Shown here: in pieces, positions 1 to 12,003 of the stretch
Layout: every line of letters begins with the position of its first letter
Position numbering within the stretch: position 1 is the first letter of the stretch
NCBI RefSeq assembly: GCF_001194135.2
Contig: NC_068982.1
Coordinates: forward strand, 91,527,652-91,588,828
Direction: 5' to 3'
DNA from: Octopus bimaculoides
Lineage: Eukaryota
DNA length: 61,177 nt
Program-made: the position numbers and the translations under genes
Notes under the pieces: model-generated
What the model was told of the DNA's origin: nothing
The model's input: only the letters and a program-made list of their open reading frames with translations
Database searches by the model: none

Positions 1-220
1 ATTCCAAAATTCTTGCACTTCTTTTGATGGGACAGACTTTATTGTTACTGGTGTTTTCCCTATCTTCCTGTAGAAATTTTTGGGGTTATTTTTGAACATG
101 TTATTATCTCGGAAGAATCTAACACGCTTTTCATACCTTGCTATGCGGGCAGCTTTAGCACATACCTTTTGCTTGATGGTTTCTATGGTGGCATCAATGT
201 CAACTATGGTCTTCATATTA

Positions 221-273
<53 letters not shown>

Positions 274-291
274 ATGGTGGTGGTGGTAGTG

Positions 292-328
<37 letters not shown>

Positions 329-369
329 CAGCAGCAGCAGCAGCAATAGTAGTAATGATTAACATTCAT

Positions 370-1310
370 TTCAGCCGTACTTCGACATTCTCGGAAGTGA
401 GGATATCCGTATCCTGGTTTATGCGGGTTATAGTGTTAGGGTTATACATTCTATATTGAGCGGAGAAGAGTAGGATAATTTCAGAGTAGATCTGTTGAAG
501 ATCGAATGGTATTTATGGTGACGTGGGAAGTTAGAGCTTAAAATTGTAAAAAAAATGGTTTTAGCTAAGCCCTTAACGTTTAAGCGAATGGGGGTGTAAA
601 CCAGAGAATCGATCTTCTCCCAGTTTTATTAGGCAATATAGGAGTAGTATAACCTATAGTTTCTGCTAGAGAAGAACCCCGGGACTCAGACTGGTTTATC
701 AGTTTGAGTATCGTTCGAGTTTTATACGGGTGAGTGCGGGTGTTTTAGTGCGTCTATCTATAGTGGGAGGGCTTGTGTGTCCAGTGGCGGGGCATGGCCC
801 TCCAGGATTGAGTTGAGAGATGTGTTTTTTAAGCCTAGTGTTTACTATGAATTTAATTTGTTAGGAGAAGCCGCTAGCCGCTAGTGCCTGGTTATAGTAT
901 ATAGCGTGGCCATGGAAAATTTCCTCCGTAGTTGAGAGATCCAATATTCGGATAGATATGCCTTTGATTACACTATCGAAGGTAGATTTATGATGATTCG
1001 AGTTTATGCTAATGTATCTGAGGTATTGATTAGGTTTATGGTCGGGGGAGTACAGCGAAGATTTTAAATATAAAGTAACATCTAGAAAATTAACTGTATG
1101 TACAGTGATGTAGCAAGATTTTGTGCCGCCTGGGTGGGCCTTCAGAGTGATCCCTCTCCTCCATGATACCATAAAATTTGACTTTAAAATGACTTGACAG
1201 ATATTATCAGGTGGTGGTTATTAAGTTAGATACGGTCTGGGCCAATTTTTGACCGAAGCATGTCTGAGTTTATGTAGGTTTATCAATAGTTACATAAACT
1301 GCAGTCCCGA
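370..1310 (-). mobile_element. Penelope-like retroelement fragment (RT C-terminal/thumb region and linker), decayed
   Basis: Minus-strand ORF 861-1172 reads VNFLDVTLYLKSSLYSPDHKPNQYLRYISINSNHHKSTF...IFHGHAIYYNQALAASGF. Downstream the strand reads RRSILWFTPPF...FPRHHKYHSIFNRSTLKLSYS. Both match the Penelope RT thumb (VNFLDVT..KPN..YIN..SNHP) and linker (WFNPP..IFNRNTVKVSYSC) patterns. Stops and frameshifts are present. Confidence 0.85.
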
Positions 1311-1884
1311 AATTTGCTGACCGAGAGAGAGAGAGAGAGGGAGAGAGAGANNNNNNNNNNNNNNNNNNNNNNNNNNNNNNNNNNNNNNNNNNNNNNNNNN
1401 NNNNNNNNNNNNNNNNNNNNNNNNNNNNNNNNNNNNNNNNNNNNNNNNNNNNNNNNNNNNNNNNNNNNNNNNNNNNNNNNNNNNNNNNNNNNNNNNNNNN
1501 NNNNNNNNNNNNNNNNNNNNNNNNNNNNNNNNNNNNNNNNNNNNNNNNNNNNNNNNNNNNNNNNNNNNNNNNNNNNNNNNNNNNNNNNNNNNNNNNNNNN
1601 NNNNNNNNNNNNNNNNNNNNNNNNNNNNNNNNNNNNNNNNNNNNNNNNNNNNNNNNNNNNNNNNNNNNNNNNNNNNNNNNNNNNNNNNNNNNNNNNNNNN
1701 NNNNNNNNNNNNNNNNNNNNNNNNNNNNNNNNNNNNNNNNNNNNNNNNNNNNNNNNNNNNNNNNNNNNNNNNNNNNNNNNNNNNNNNNNNNNNNNNNNNN
1801 NNNNNNNNNNNNNNNNNNNNNNNNNNNNNNNNNNNNNNNNNNNNNNNNNNNNNNNNNNNNNNNNNNNNNNNNNNNNCTCTTCAG

Positions 1885-1916
1885 TAACCCGTCTGTCCAC
1901 TTCCATTTATCTGAAT
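1885..1916 (+). CDS. Candidate internal exon of an unidentified gene (xTRLSTSIYLN); 5' edge may extend into the gap
   Basis: ctcttcag acceptor at 1877-1884 and gtatga donor at 1917. The phase-0 end joins in frame to the 2159 exon. Confidence 0.4.
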
Positions 1917-2158
1917 GTATGAATCAACGTTGTTTATTTCAAAACAACGCTGAATCATACATTCAAAATAAATGGAAGTGAAGAGATTGCAGCAGTGCAA
2001 AGAAATGATTTAATAAAAAACAAAAAAAAAACAAACTAAATGCTGTTTATAAATAAATGAACGACCGAACCAGTGCGTGTGTTTATTACCGGCATAATGC
2101 TTCTCGCAAGGTTTAATAGTATACATGTTGTGTTTGTTTGTATTTTTTTAATTCATAG

Positions 2159-2262
2159 TTGCAATATTTTGCCAACAAGATTTTGATACTTCGACAAGTA
2201 AACGGGCGCAGAATTTCGCCTGTTGCTGCCGCTCCATACATTGAACAAATATTTCCGTTAAG
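2159..2262 (+). CDS. Candidate penultimate exon of an unidentified gene (LQYFANKILILRQVNGRRISPVAAAPYIEQIFPL)
   Basis: tttttaattcatag acceptor, open frame, strong gtgagt donor at 2263. The phase-2 end is compatible with the 3098 exon. Confidence 0.55.
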
Positions 2263-2325
2263 GTGAGTAAGTGATGTAATTATGTATCTATTCTTTGATG
2301 TTAAGCTGATGGTGTTGTCGTCGCC

Positions 2326-2363
<38 letters not shown>

Positions 2364-2624
2364 CGTGTTCGTCGTTGTGTTTAATGTTGCTTAGCCCTGA
2401 GTCAGTCCCGATCAATCAAACCTATCCTTATGATCAAAACTGCCCAGACTTGAACAGCAATTTTATTATTTTTTATTCAAAAAATTTTTTAAACCTTTCA
2501 AAACATAATGAGATAAGCATTGACTTATCCAATGTCGGTAGCGTAGCCAGAGGGCGTGTCATCCGGGGCAGACGTTGACTTTGCTGCCTACCATCTTGGG
2601 CCCCCAACCTTATGCAGACCTTAA

Positions 2625-2839
2625 CCCTCTGGCATTCAGATTACCGTCGAATGTAATGCTTATACAGTCACATAGTTTTGAATGAATCATGCATTATCCT
2701 GTAACTTCAAGATTTTGATGATATTGTTTATATTTAAACCAACCTTGTAGAGTAGGTGTGAGAGGAAGAATCTGGCTGGTTTGAACATTAAACAGATATA
2801 ACATTTGGGCCGGATATGAGTGGTTTTAATGCTAAAGAG
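2625..2839. mobile_element. piggyBac-like MITE (about 215 bp)
   Basis: TTAA|CCCT...AGAG|TTAA ends (TTAA at 2621-2624 and 2840-2843); homologous copy at 24787-25005. Confidence 0.7.
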
Positions 2840-3026
2840 TTAAAGTACCGCCCCACGTCATTATCCACTAACTACTGTTTAACACTGGAAGCAAGTGGCT
2901 CGCAAAACCTTTTAAGTGGCACGCCTAAATGAAAAAATACATTGGATGTTTTACTGGTGCAGCCCCTGGATGATGAGCCATGTCCCATGTGGCCGCTTCT
3001 CGAAAACGTTTGCACATGCCTTGTGT

Positions 3027-3073
<47 letters not shown>

Positions 3074-3097
3074 TCTCTCTCTCTTCTTTTTTGACAG

Positions 3098-3155
3098 TAG
3101 AGTTCGATTTCAGCGAGATTTGGCGGATCTTGTTAAAGTTCTTCCAACCGCCTGA
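3098..3155 (+). CDS. Candidate terminal exon of an unidentified gene (S/RVRFQRDLADLVKVLPTA-stop)
   Basis: (CT)n polypyrimidine tract, then ttttttgacag acceptor, phase-2 in-frame join, TGA at 3153-3155, and AATAAA near 3473. Confidence 0.55.
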
Positions 3156-3747
3156 AGAATTTCATCAGATCCTTTCCACACTTTCTACGCTGGTGCGTAG
3201 TTTTGCTAGCTGATGACAGAAATCACATTCATGTTTTTTCTAGAAATTAATTATCCTTTCTATTTAAGGCAGAATGCCCGAAATTGGGGAGGGGAATAGT
3301 CGATTACATCGATCCCAGTGTTTTACTAGTGTTTAGTTAATCAACCCCAAGAGGAAGAAAGGACTTCGGCGAAATTTGAACTCAGACCGTAAAAACGGAC
3401 GAAATGCCGCTAAGCATTTTGCTCGGTATGCTAACGATTTTGCCAGATCACCGTCTTTTCCTAAAAACTAATAATAAAAAAGTTATAAGCATTTAAAAAA
3501 AAAATGTAACTTTAATCAATCGGAAGCCTTCATTGCCAAAATGAATGTGATTGTTGTCATCAGCATGCATAACTACCTCAGTGTAGAAAATTTTAGAAGA
3601 ATCTCAATCCTGTGACAATCTGAAATACTACAAGTTGTTGGAAGTAATTTAATATGATCCGATTTTACTGCTTTGTAGAGGCTCCATCATTAGTTTAGAA
3701 TGGAAAGAAGTATGAGTGGAAAAAGCCAGGAAGGAAAGAACTATTAA

Positions 3748-3781
<34 letters not shown>

Positions 3782-5523
3782 TTATCAGAGAGGGAGGAAA
3801 CGTGAAAATATTTACATACAATATGATCTGAAGATAAAATAAGAATGTTGAAAGCGAACAGAATACAAACGAAACGAGAATGTACATATGTACGAGTGTG
3901 TATGTATGTAAACATACGTACGCACACACACATAAACAGCACATGCTCATATATGTGAGTGTGTGTTGAGTATGTTTGAAAGTTCTAAGAATACATCGGG
4001 CCAGCTGCAGCATTTTATTGCCAACTTAGTAATATGTATCTGAAAAGATACATCATTACTCGTGTCAATGCACGGTCGCACACTAGTTTTGATTCAGGGA
4101 TTGCAGTCCTTCCTGGGCCAGTGTATACTGTATGCATGTCATTCACCTTCGTGTGCTAGTAGAGCAGGGCTTGAAATTTCCTGAAAGGGTGAGGAGGGAG
4201 AGGGGGAGAGAGGGAGAGAGAGAGAGGGGGAGAGAGGGAGAGAGAGGGAGAGAGAAGGAGAGAGAGGGAGAGAGAGGGAGAGATAGATAGATAGATAGAT
4301 AGAGAGCGGTCGGAGGAATGTGTGCTACTTAATTAGATATGCTCATGTATTTCGTATATAAGTGTACATAAGCGACTTTAATTTTTGGTTCCTGCCGTTC
4401 TCAATTACNNNNNNNNNNNNNNNNNNNNNNNNNNNNNNNNNNNNNNNNNNNNNNNNNNNNNNNNNNNNNNNNNNNNNNNNNNNNNNNNNNNNNNNNNNNN
4501 NNNNNNNNNNNNNNNNNNNNNNNNNNNNNNNNNNNNNNNNNNNNNNNNNNNNNNNNNNNNNNNNNNNNNNNNNNNNNNNNNNNNNNNNNNNNNNNNNNNN
4601 NNNNNNNNNNNNNNNNNNNNNNNNNNNNNNNNNNNNNNNNNNNNNNNNNNNNNNNNNNNNNNNNNNNNNNNNNNNNNNNNNNNNNNNNNNNNNNNNNNNN
4701 NNNNNNNNNNNNNNNNNNNNNNNNNNNNNNNNNNNNNNNNNNNNNNNNNNNNNNNNNNNNNNNNNNNNNNNNNNNNNNNNNNNNNNNNNNNNNNNNNNNN
4801 NNNNNNNNNNNNNNNNNNNNNNNNNNNNNNNNNNNNNNNNNNNNNNNNNNNNNNNNNNNNNNNNNNNNNNNNNNNNNNNNNNNNNNNNNNNNNNNNNNNN
4901 NNNNNNNNNNNNNNNNNNNNNNNNNNNNNNNNNNNNNNNNNNNNNNNNNNNNNNNNNNNNNNNNNNNNNNNNNNNNNNNNNNNNNNNNNNNNNNNNNNNN
5001 NNNNNNNNNNNNNNNNNNNNNNNNNNNNNNNNNNNNNNNNNNNNNNNNNNNNNNNNNNNNNNNNNNNNNNNNNNNNNNNNNNNNNNNNNNNNNNNNNNNN
5101 NNNNNNNNNNNNNNNNNNNNNNNNNNNNNNNNNNNNNNNNNNNNNNNNNNNNNNNNNNNNNNNNTATAGCGAGAGAGTTAGGGGTTGAGGATTCAACCCA
5201 CTAAGGGATAGTATCTATCCAATATACTGCTGGGACGGTACCCAATTATTGTTACACTAGTGTTATACCAAGTGCACGGTTGTCAAAATAACATGGTTTG
5301 TCATAAACACCTGTACTTTGTGGGGGGTTTTTTTTGTCACTTTAGTTATGAATCAAATTAATGAATTCAACGGGATACACTGTCTGCAAGTCGTTGGGTT
5401 CAGCATACTATCCTCCATTTTCTAATTGATATATATATATATATATATTGCAATACAAATGTATTTCCAGTAAAATAAAGCACCGTAAAAGTAGAAGTAT
5501 AAATATAAATATAAATATAGATT

Positions 5524-5636
5524 AGTGGTACAACAAGGCACTAATATTGACTGGAAATAGCAGTGAAGCGTTACTATAGCGTCGTAATTGTATCGACTGC
5601 TATTTCCAGTGAATATTGGTGCTTTGTTGTACCACT
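5524..5636. repeat. 41-bp-stem hairpin / short inverted repeat
   Basis: 5524-5564 pairs with 5596-5636: 38 Watson-Crick pairs, 2 G-U, 1 mismatch, 31-nt loop (checked base by base). Confidence 0.9.
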
Positions 5637-5671
5637 TATCTTAATAATTACGATGCGCACTCTTCTACTAT

Positions 5672-5731
<60 letters not shown>

Positions 5732-6184
5732 TTCATCCTTTCTGTTTTTCTCTCCCACCCTTTCTCTATTCTTCTCTCACTCTTCCTCCTTGACTCTCTC
5801 GTCACTGACACGTGACGAAAGGGGATCTCTCTTTCTGTCCACTGCTTTCCTAAAGAAAAGATGTGTTTTTTCTGTCTCTTCTCTCATGGCACGTCTACCT
5901 ACCGTTCATAATAATTTTTCTATCGTCTTGGCTCAACAGCCCTCACTGTTTGTNNNNNNNNNNGCACAACTGACGAAGAGTTATACTCTTTATGTTGCAT
6001 ATCTCGTTTCTCTGTTTTTTTCGTTGTTCCAAAAATGCTCGTTTTCTATGTTTTCGTTTTTATGTTTTAGTTTCTCATTGTGTTTAACGTTTTTTTGATG
6101 TCCTGTACCCATATATGTATGTATGTATACATATAGATGTAGGTATGTACATATATGTATGGATATATGCATATATTTAAATAC

Positions 6185-6247
<63 letters not shown>

Positions 6248-6930
6248 CCTTTTTGCATATGTATCTGTATGCAATATTCTTATACTTATTACATCTACTT
6301 ATATCAGTACGCACTTTTCATAGTTGTTAAAATTTTTTCTTGTATATTTATCATTTTTCATTTTCATTTTATCTAGTTTCAGCTCATGAGCTGTGGCCAT
6401 GCTGGGGCACCGCCATTATATTTATCTTATTATCCTGCTTCTGATGCCTTACTTTCAGTCAATAGATAGCATGTATAAACTGGAAATGAATTAGAACCCC
6501 ATGACACCCACTGTGTTCCATGTCACTAAAAATTGTAGTTTGTTCTCTTAGCAATTCTTACTGCAATAGTGACAACATGAAATTCTTTCATCCTCTTGCT
6601 CTGTTAAAATATTTAACAAAAATTATATTAATGTATCTTATCTGTTGAAAATCCATATTTCTTGCAGCTGAAGATAGCGTTACATTTAAATTGATGTAAT
6701 GATTACATTGTTCAATTTAATGGAGCTGCTTGAAATGGTTGTTCTGCATTACTACTTGACATCCTGTCACTTATTTTGATTATATATGTATATATAGTTG
6801 AAATTTATAGTTGAAATATGTATATATAGTTGAAATTTATGTATATATAGTTGAAATAACAAAAGGCGAAGACAGGTGTATGAACAAAAAGTAAGTCTAT
6901 TAGTTTGACGCTCGGGAAAAATGAAAAAGT

Positions 6931-6966
6931 CTTTTACGTTTCGAGTCTACGCTCTTCAACAGAAAG
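6931..6966 (-). ncRNA. Minimal hammerhead-ribozyme-like motif within a repeat
   Basis: Minus strand reads CUUU-CUGUUGA-A-GAG-cguaga-CUC-GAAA-CG-UA/AAAG: type I topology, but with A6 changed to U and one extra A. Confidence 0.45.
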
Positions 6967-7135
6967 GAATAAGAGAAAATAAACAGAGAGAGAATGAAAA
7001 AAAAAAACTTGTAGATTTCAGCGGTCCAGTATGATCCGTCAATTTTTCTAACCCTGTAAAAGAATTCAGAAGTTTGGGCCTCCAACCAGGCCTCTTGCGA
7101 CACCCTTAAAGTGCCACGAACTATTCAGCACCGTA

Positions 7136-7193
<58 letters not shown>

Positions 7194-7672
7194 ATGGGAA
7201 CACACTTATTGACATTTGTGTATGTATGTCATTATTCAGTTTTAGTTCACGATTTCATGTCAATAGAGAAAGAGCTGGTTTCTAACCGAGATCCAAGGCT
7301 CCTTCGTTGGAATTTCAACAGCATCAACAGAGCCTTTTTTATACAAGCATTCAAACGTGCTTTGTCTTGATCCAGCGAGTAGAGTAAATTATGACTGTAG
7401 GAATGTATATCTGGTGTGGTCGCACACACTCGGAAGTTATCGATATAATTTGCACAATGGAAACAAAAAAAAGGATACAATATATAATTTTTATTAGTTT
7501 GTTTATGTCTCCGTAATTTAACGGTTCGGCAAAAATGACCGACAGAATAAATACCAGGCTTATAATATAGAAGTACTGGGGCGATTTGTTCGACTAAACC
7601 CCTCAAGGCTATGCAGCAGCGTGTCTGCAGTTCAATAACTGAAACAAGTAAAGAATAAGAGAATACAAGAAA

Positions 7673-7703
<31 letters not shown>

Positions 7704-8214
7704 TGTATGTATGTATGTATGTATGTTAAAGCTATCGTCGCACTAGCTGCGTGCTGCTCACTACGTAGTTCTACTGCAGCTGTTTTTAGGTGAGGCTGTT
7801 GTTGGTCAGTATATGTAGGTTTCGGAGTTACAAATATTAATTTTTTTCATCTATTCAACTCAGTCATGGCTATCATCGTCATAGGTGGTAAGTGAACTTG
7901 GCATTTGGTTGAGTTCAGATACCCACTCTTCCTTCCTTCTTTCAGTGGGTGCTGCTTTGGCATTTTTTAGTACAGTAAATTAGGAAGTAATGATTCCAAA
8001 GAAGGGAATCTCTTAGTCTATGACCACAGAACGTATACAATTATATCGTTACATGTGTTATTTGAAACTTTTAGACTAAACAATATTCATATATGCAAGT
8101 CATTGTTCAGTTGTATTTCAAGATTTCTTGCCAATAGAGAAAGAGCCGGTTTCTAGCGTAGATTCAAGGCTCCTCCTTGATTGGAATTTCAACATCAAAA
8201 ACAGGGTATGTATG

Positions 8215-8247
<33 letters not shown>

Positions 8248-8270
8248 GTTATGATTGATACATATATATT

Positions 8271-8339
<69 letters not shown>

Positions 8340-8404
8340 GTGTGCGTGTGTGTGTTTATGTAATATGTATTATCGTAACGGTACTTTTTAAAATTGTTCT
8401 TCAG

Positions 8405-8579
8405 ATCCCACTTTTTCAAGGAAGTGATCATGCTTTGATAACTCAACTGGAGAAAGGAGACGACTATTTTGGTACTGATGGTTTTGGAGATGCTCCTGAT
8501 CCGAATTTACCCTCTTTGGACCTTGTTCAAAAGGAACATTCAGTCTGGGCTATGATTGAAAATGTCAAAAAATATCCTG
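8405..8579 (+). CDS. Nucleoside hydrolase (IUNH family) exon: IPLFQGSDHAL...YFGTDGFGDAPDP...EHSVWAMIENVKKYP
   Basis: ttcttcag acceptor, gtaaaa donor, phase 1 end; the G.DG.GD motif is typical of IUNH. Confidence 0.92.
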
Positions 8580-10144
8580 GTAAAAAGAGTAACATTATTA
8601 TTTATTTATATTTACATTTATCATATCGATAAAATAATTTGAGCACTAGAATTGATGTAAGGAACCAGCCCCTTCCTCAAAAATTTCAAGCTTTATGTCT
8701 ATAGTGGAACGGATTTTTTTTTTACTTTCACGGGAGCGGCGAAGCGACAGAATCGTTTGCTCCCTGGACAGACTGCTTAGCAGCATTTCTTCTTCCTTCA
8801 GGTTCTGAATTCAAATTTCGCCGAGGTCGACTTAGCATTTCATCTTTTCGGTGTCAATAAAATAAGTACCAGCTGAGCACTAGGGTCAATGTAATCGACC
8901 AACCACTCCCACCCTCAAATTTCAGGCCTTGTTCCTGTAGTAAAATGAATTCTTTTGTACTTTCATAAGGCGACGAGCTGGTAAAATTGCACGTCGGACA
9001 AAAATGCTTAGCGGCATTCCTTCCGGCTCTTTTCGTTCTGAGTTTGAATACCACCGAAGTAAACTGTATGTTTCTTCCTTTTCCTCCATTTAGGGATCGA
9101 TAAAAGCAAGTGCCTATCAAGTACAGGGGCGATATGTTCGGTAAGCCCCTCCTCCCCTAAACTTGTTGGCCTTGAGTCAAAATTTGAACAATTATTTATA
9201 CTTTTCATATCCACCCACCGATCGATGACATCTTTTATGTTAGTTAAAAATCATTATCTTATTTTTCATTGGGTATGAGGGTGTCTGTGAAATGATTAAG
9301 TACCAGACACTGTATAGTGATTTCTAGCATTGATACAAAACCAGATATTTCTTGAGAGTGAAGAATCATAATCGATTAAAATCTAAAAATATTGATTGCT
9401 TTTATCAACACAGGAAAATATTTTCCTGCCTCTCATGAAAAGAAAACAATTCACGACAACATCATTACACACACACACACATACACGCACGCATGAACGC
9501 ACATTCATAAACACACCGACTCGCTTGTAAACAATGTAATAAGTATATACTGAAAGAGATATACTTATCCTTTTACATTGGAAGATTCACATTGCAGAAG
9601 ATAATTGAAACACAGTTAAAAATAATAATAATATAAAAACATTGTGTATATCTGTTACAAATAGCTGACATTATGTTTGAAATTTTTAAAAAATGCCGAT
9701 GATTCTCATTCAATAAATTGCTTACCAACTACGTGTTTTATTTCCCGGGCAACGCTGGGTATTCTAGCAAATCGCTAACAACTTTGACGTTGGTTGAAAC
9801 AATTGACGCTTTTCATTTGCAATATCTTCATATTCTGCCGAATGAAAAAACGTACCCAACCCCACGCCGCATTAAATGAGAACCTGGTGGTAATCGTCAG
9901 ATGTTATTGCTAGTAATAGAGCATAAGCGAATCTGAATGCGCAGTCTTCGGTGACTCGATAACGCTAATAATATGTCACAAGAAACAAACCAACTTCTGG
10001 TTCAATTCCCTCTCGAGGTAATTGTACTTCATTTATATTGCCAATTCCCTTATCCTTCTCAAAATGAACGCATGCATATCACGTGATTGGTTCATGAAGA
10101 AATCGTCATAATAAAATAATATATTGTCCCTCTTTCAATTTCAG

Positions 10145-10261
10145 GACAAATAACGCTCGTTGCTATGGGCCCGTTAACCGACCTAGCACTTGCACATCGT
10201 TTTTACCCGCAGTTCAGCCAGCAATTGAAGTTTTGCTTTATAATGGGCGGAAACTACCGAG
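10145..10261 (+). CDS. Nucleoside hydrolase exon: GQITLVAMGPLTDLALAHRFYPQFSQQLKFCFIMGGNYR
   Basis: tttcag acceptor, gtatgt donor, 117 nt, phase 1 to phase 1; ITLVA.GPLT.LALA and MGG motifs. Confidence 0.95.
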
Positions 10262-10310
10262 GTATGTCCATTTTATTATACTACAACAACAACAACAACA
10301 ACAACAACAA

Positions 10311-10373
<63 letters not shown>

Positions 10374-10741
10374 TCTTTTCGTTTACAAATCTTTAATTCT
10401 GAGTTTGTAGACTCTCTTTAAGCTATTTCAGGCGATCTGGCTGAATCGTTCGCGAGTTGGAGAGAATGCTTAGCGGCATTTATTCTAGTTCTTTATTGTC
10501 TGACTTCAAATCTCGCCGAAATCAATTTTATAGGTGCAGTTGTGACTGTGTAAGGAAAACTATATGCTTCCCAACCATATAGTCTTGGGATCAAGCGTAA
10601 CACCTTGGGCGAGTGTCTTCTACTATAGTACCGACCAACCAAAGCCTTGCGAGTGAATTTGGTGAACGAAAGCCGGAAACTGAAAGAAGCACGTCTTATA
10701 TATGTGGGTGTGTGTGTACGCGTGTGCGTGCGCATGTGAGT

Positions 10742-10810
<69 letters not shown>

Positions 10811-10822
10811 TGTTAAAGAGGA

Positions 10823-11291
10823 CAACAAACTTTAAGGCAAGGCAAACATCGCAAGTTATATACATTATTATTATTGGAAAAAATTCAGTCTTACAGCTGT
10901 TTCTGGGATACCACCGAGTATGGGATATTCTGTCATCGGAGACAAATAGGGAAAATGAGAAGGGTATAGATTAATGAAATGACGACATAGAGGAGGAGTA
11001 AAGGAATAAGGAGATGAAGAAAGAGAAGGAAAAAAAAAGCATAAAAGTTCACAGTTCAACTTTCCGATCTTGTAGAAATAAGTTCATAAGACCTTAGGTG
11101 CAATCCTTTACTCCTGTCCTTTATGTCGTCATTTCACTAATTTATACCCTTCTCATTCTCTCTATTTGTCTCCGATGATGGAATATCCCATACTCTGGGA
11201 TATCCTAGAAACAGAATGCGAGATTTTGAATTTTTTCCAATAATAATAATGTATACGACTTGTGATGTTTGATTTGCCTTAACCTTTGTTG
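10823..11291. repeat. Long inverted repeat (arms about 10823-11005 and 11104-11291) in a nucleoside hydrolase intron
   Basis: The reverse complement of 11104-11291 aligns along its whole length with 10823-11005 (shared blocks such as tatacattattattattggaaaaaattca and tcatcggagacaaatag). Confidence 0.9.
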
Positions 11292-11521
11292 GCTTCTTAA
11301 AGAATTATATATCCACTATATCAGAAATCTGCAATGTCTCCATAACTACCGTCTCGGCTATAACCTTGGAGCCCTAGTAATCCGTTACAGCACTCACCTA
11401 GCGTACCTAATCATTTAGATCTCCTGTGAACTAAACTCCCATATTTTACATACATACATACATACATACATACACACGCACGCACACACACACACACACG
11501 CACGCGCGCACGCACACACAC

Positions 11522-11586
<65 letters not shown>

Positions 11587-11945
11587 CGNNNNNNNNNNNN
11601 NNNNNNNNNNNNNNNNNNNNNNNNNNNNNNNNNNNNNNNNNNNNNNNNNNNNNNNNNNNNNNNNNNNNNNNNNNNNNNNNNNNNNNNNNNNNNNNNNNNN
11701 NNNNNNNNNNNNNNNNNNNNNNNNNNNNNNNNNNNNNNNNNNNNNNNNNNNNNNNNNNNNNNNNNNNNNNNNNNNNNNNNNNNNNNNNNNNNNNNNNNNN
11801 NNNNNNNNNNNNNNNNNNNNNNNNNNNNNNNNNNNNNNNNNNNNNNNNNNNNNNNNNNNNNNNNNNNNNNNNNNNNNNNNNNNNNNNNNNNNNNNNNNNN
11901 NNNNNNNNNNNNNNNNNNNNNNNNNNNNNNNNNNNNNNNNNNNNN

Positions 11946-12003
<58 letters not shown>

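Noticed and set aside
80-459. ORFs with poly-Y, poly-L, poly-V, poly-E, poly-K, HT and CV runs here and throughout the ORF track
   Set aside because: They are translations of microsatellites, with no splice or homology support.
5955-6110. ctgacgaagag-ttata-ctctt resembling a hammerhead 5' core and stem II
   Set aside because: No GAAA follows the stem, and the stem I partner is lost in the adjacent gap. It may be a decayed retroelement end but cannot be supported as a ribozyme.
7726-7890. Candidate first hydrolase exons ending at gtgagg (about 7789) or gtaagt (about 7888)
   Set aside because: Translations lack the DxDxxxDD motif or any IUNH similarity; they could only be UTR exons.
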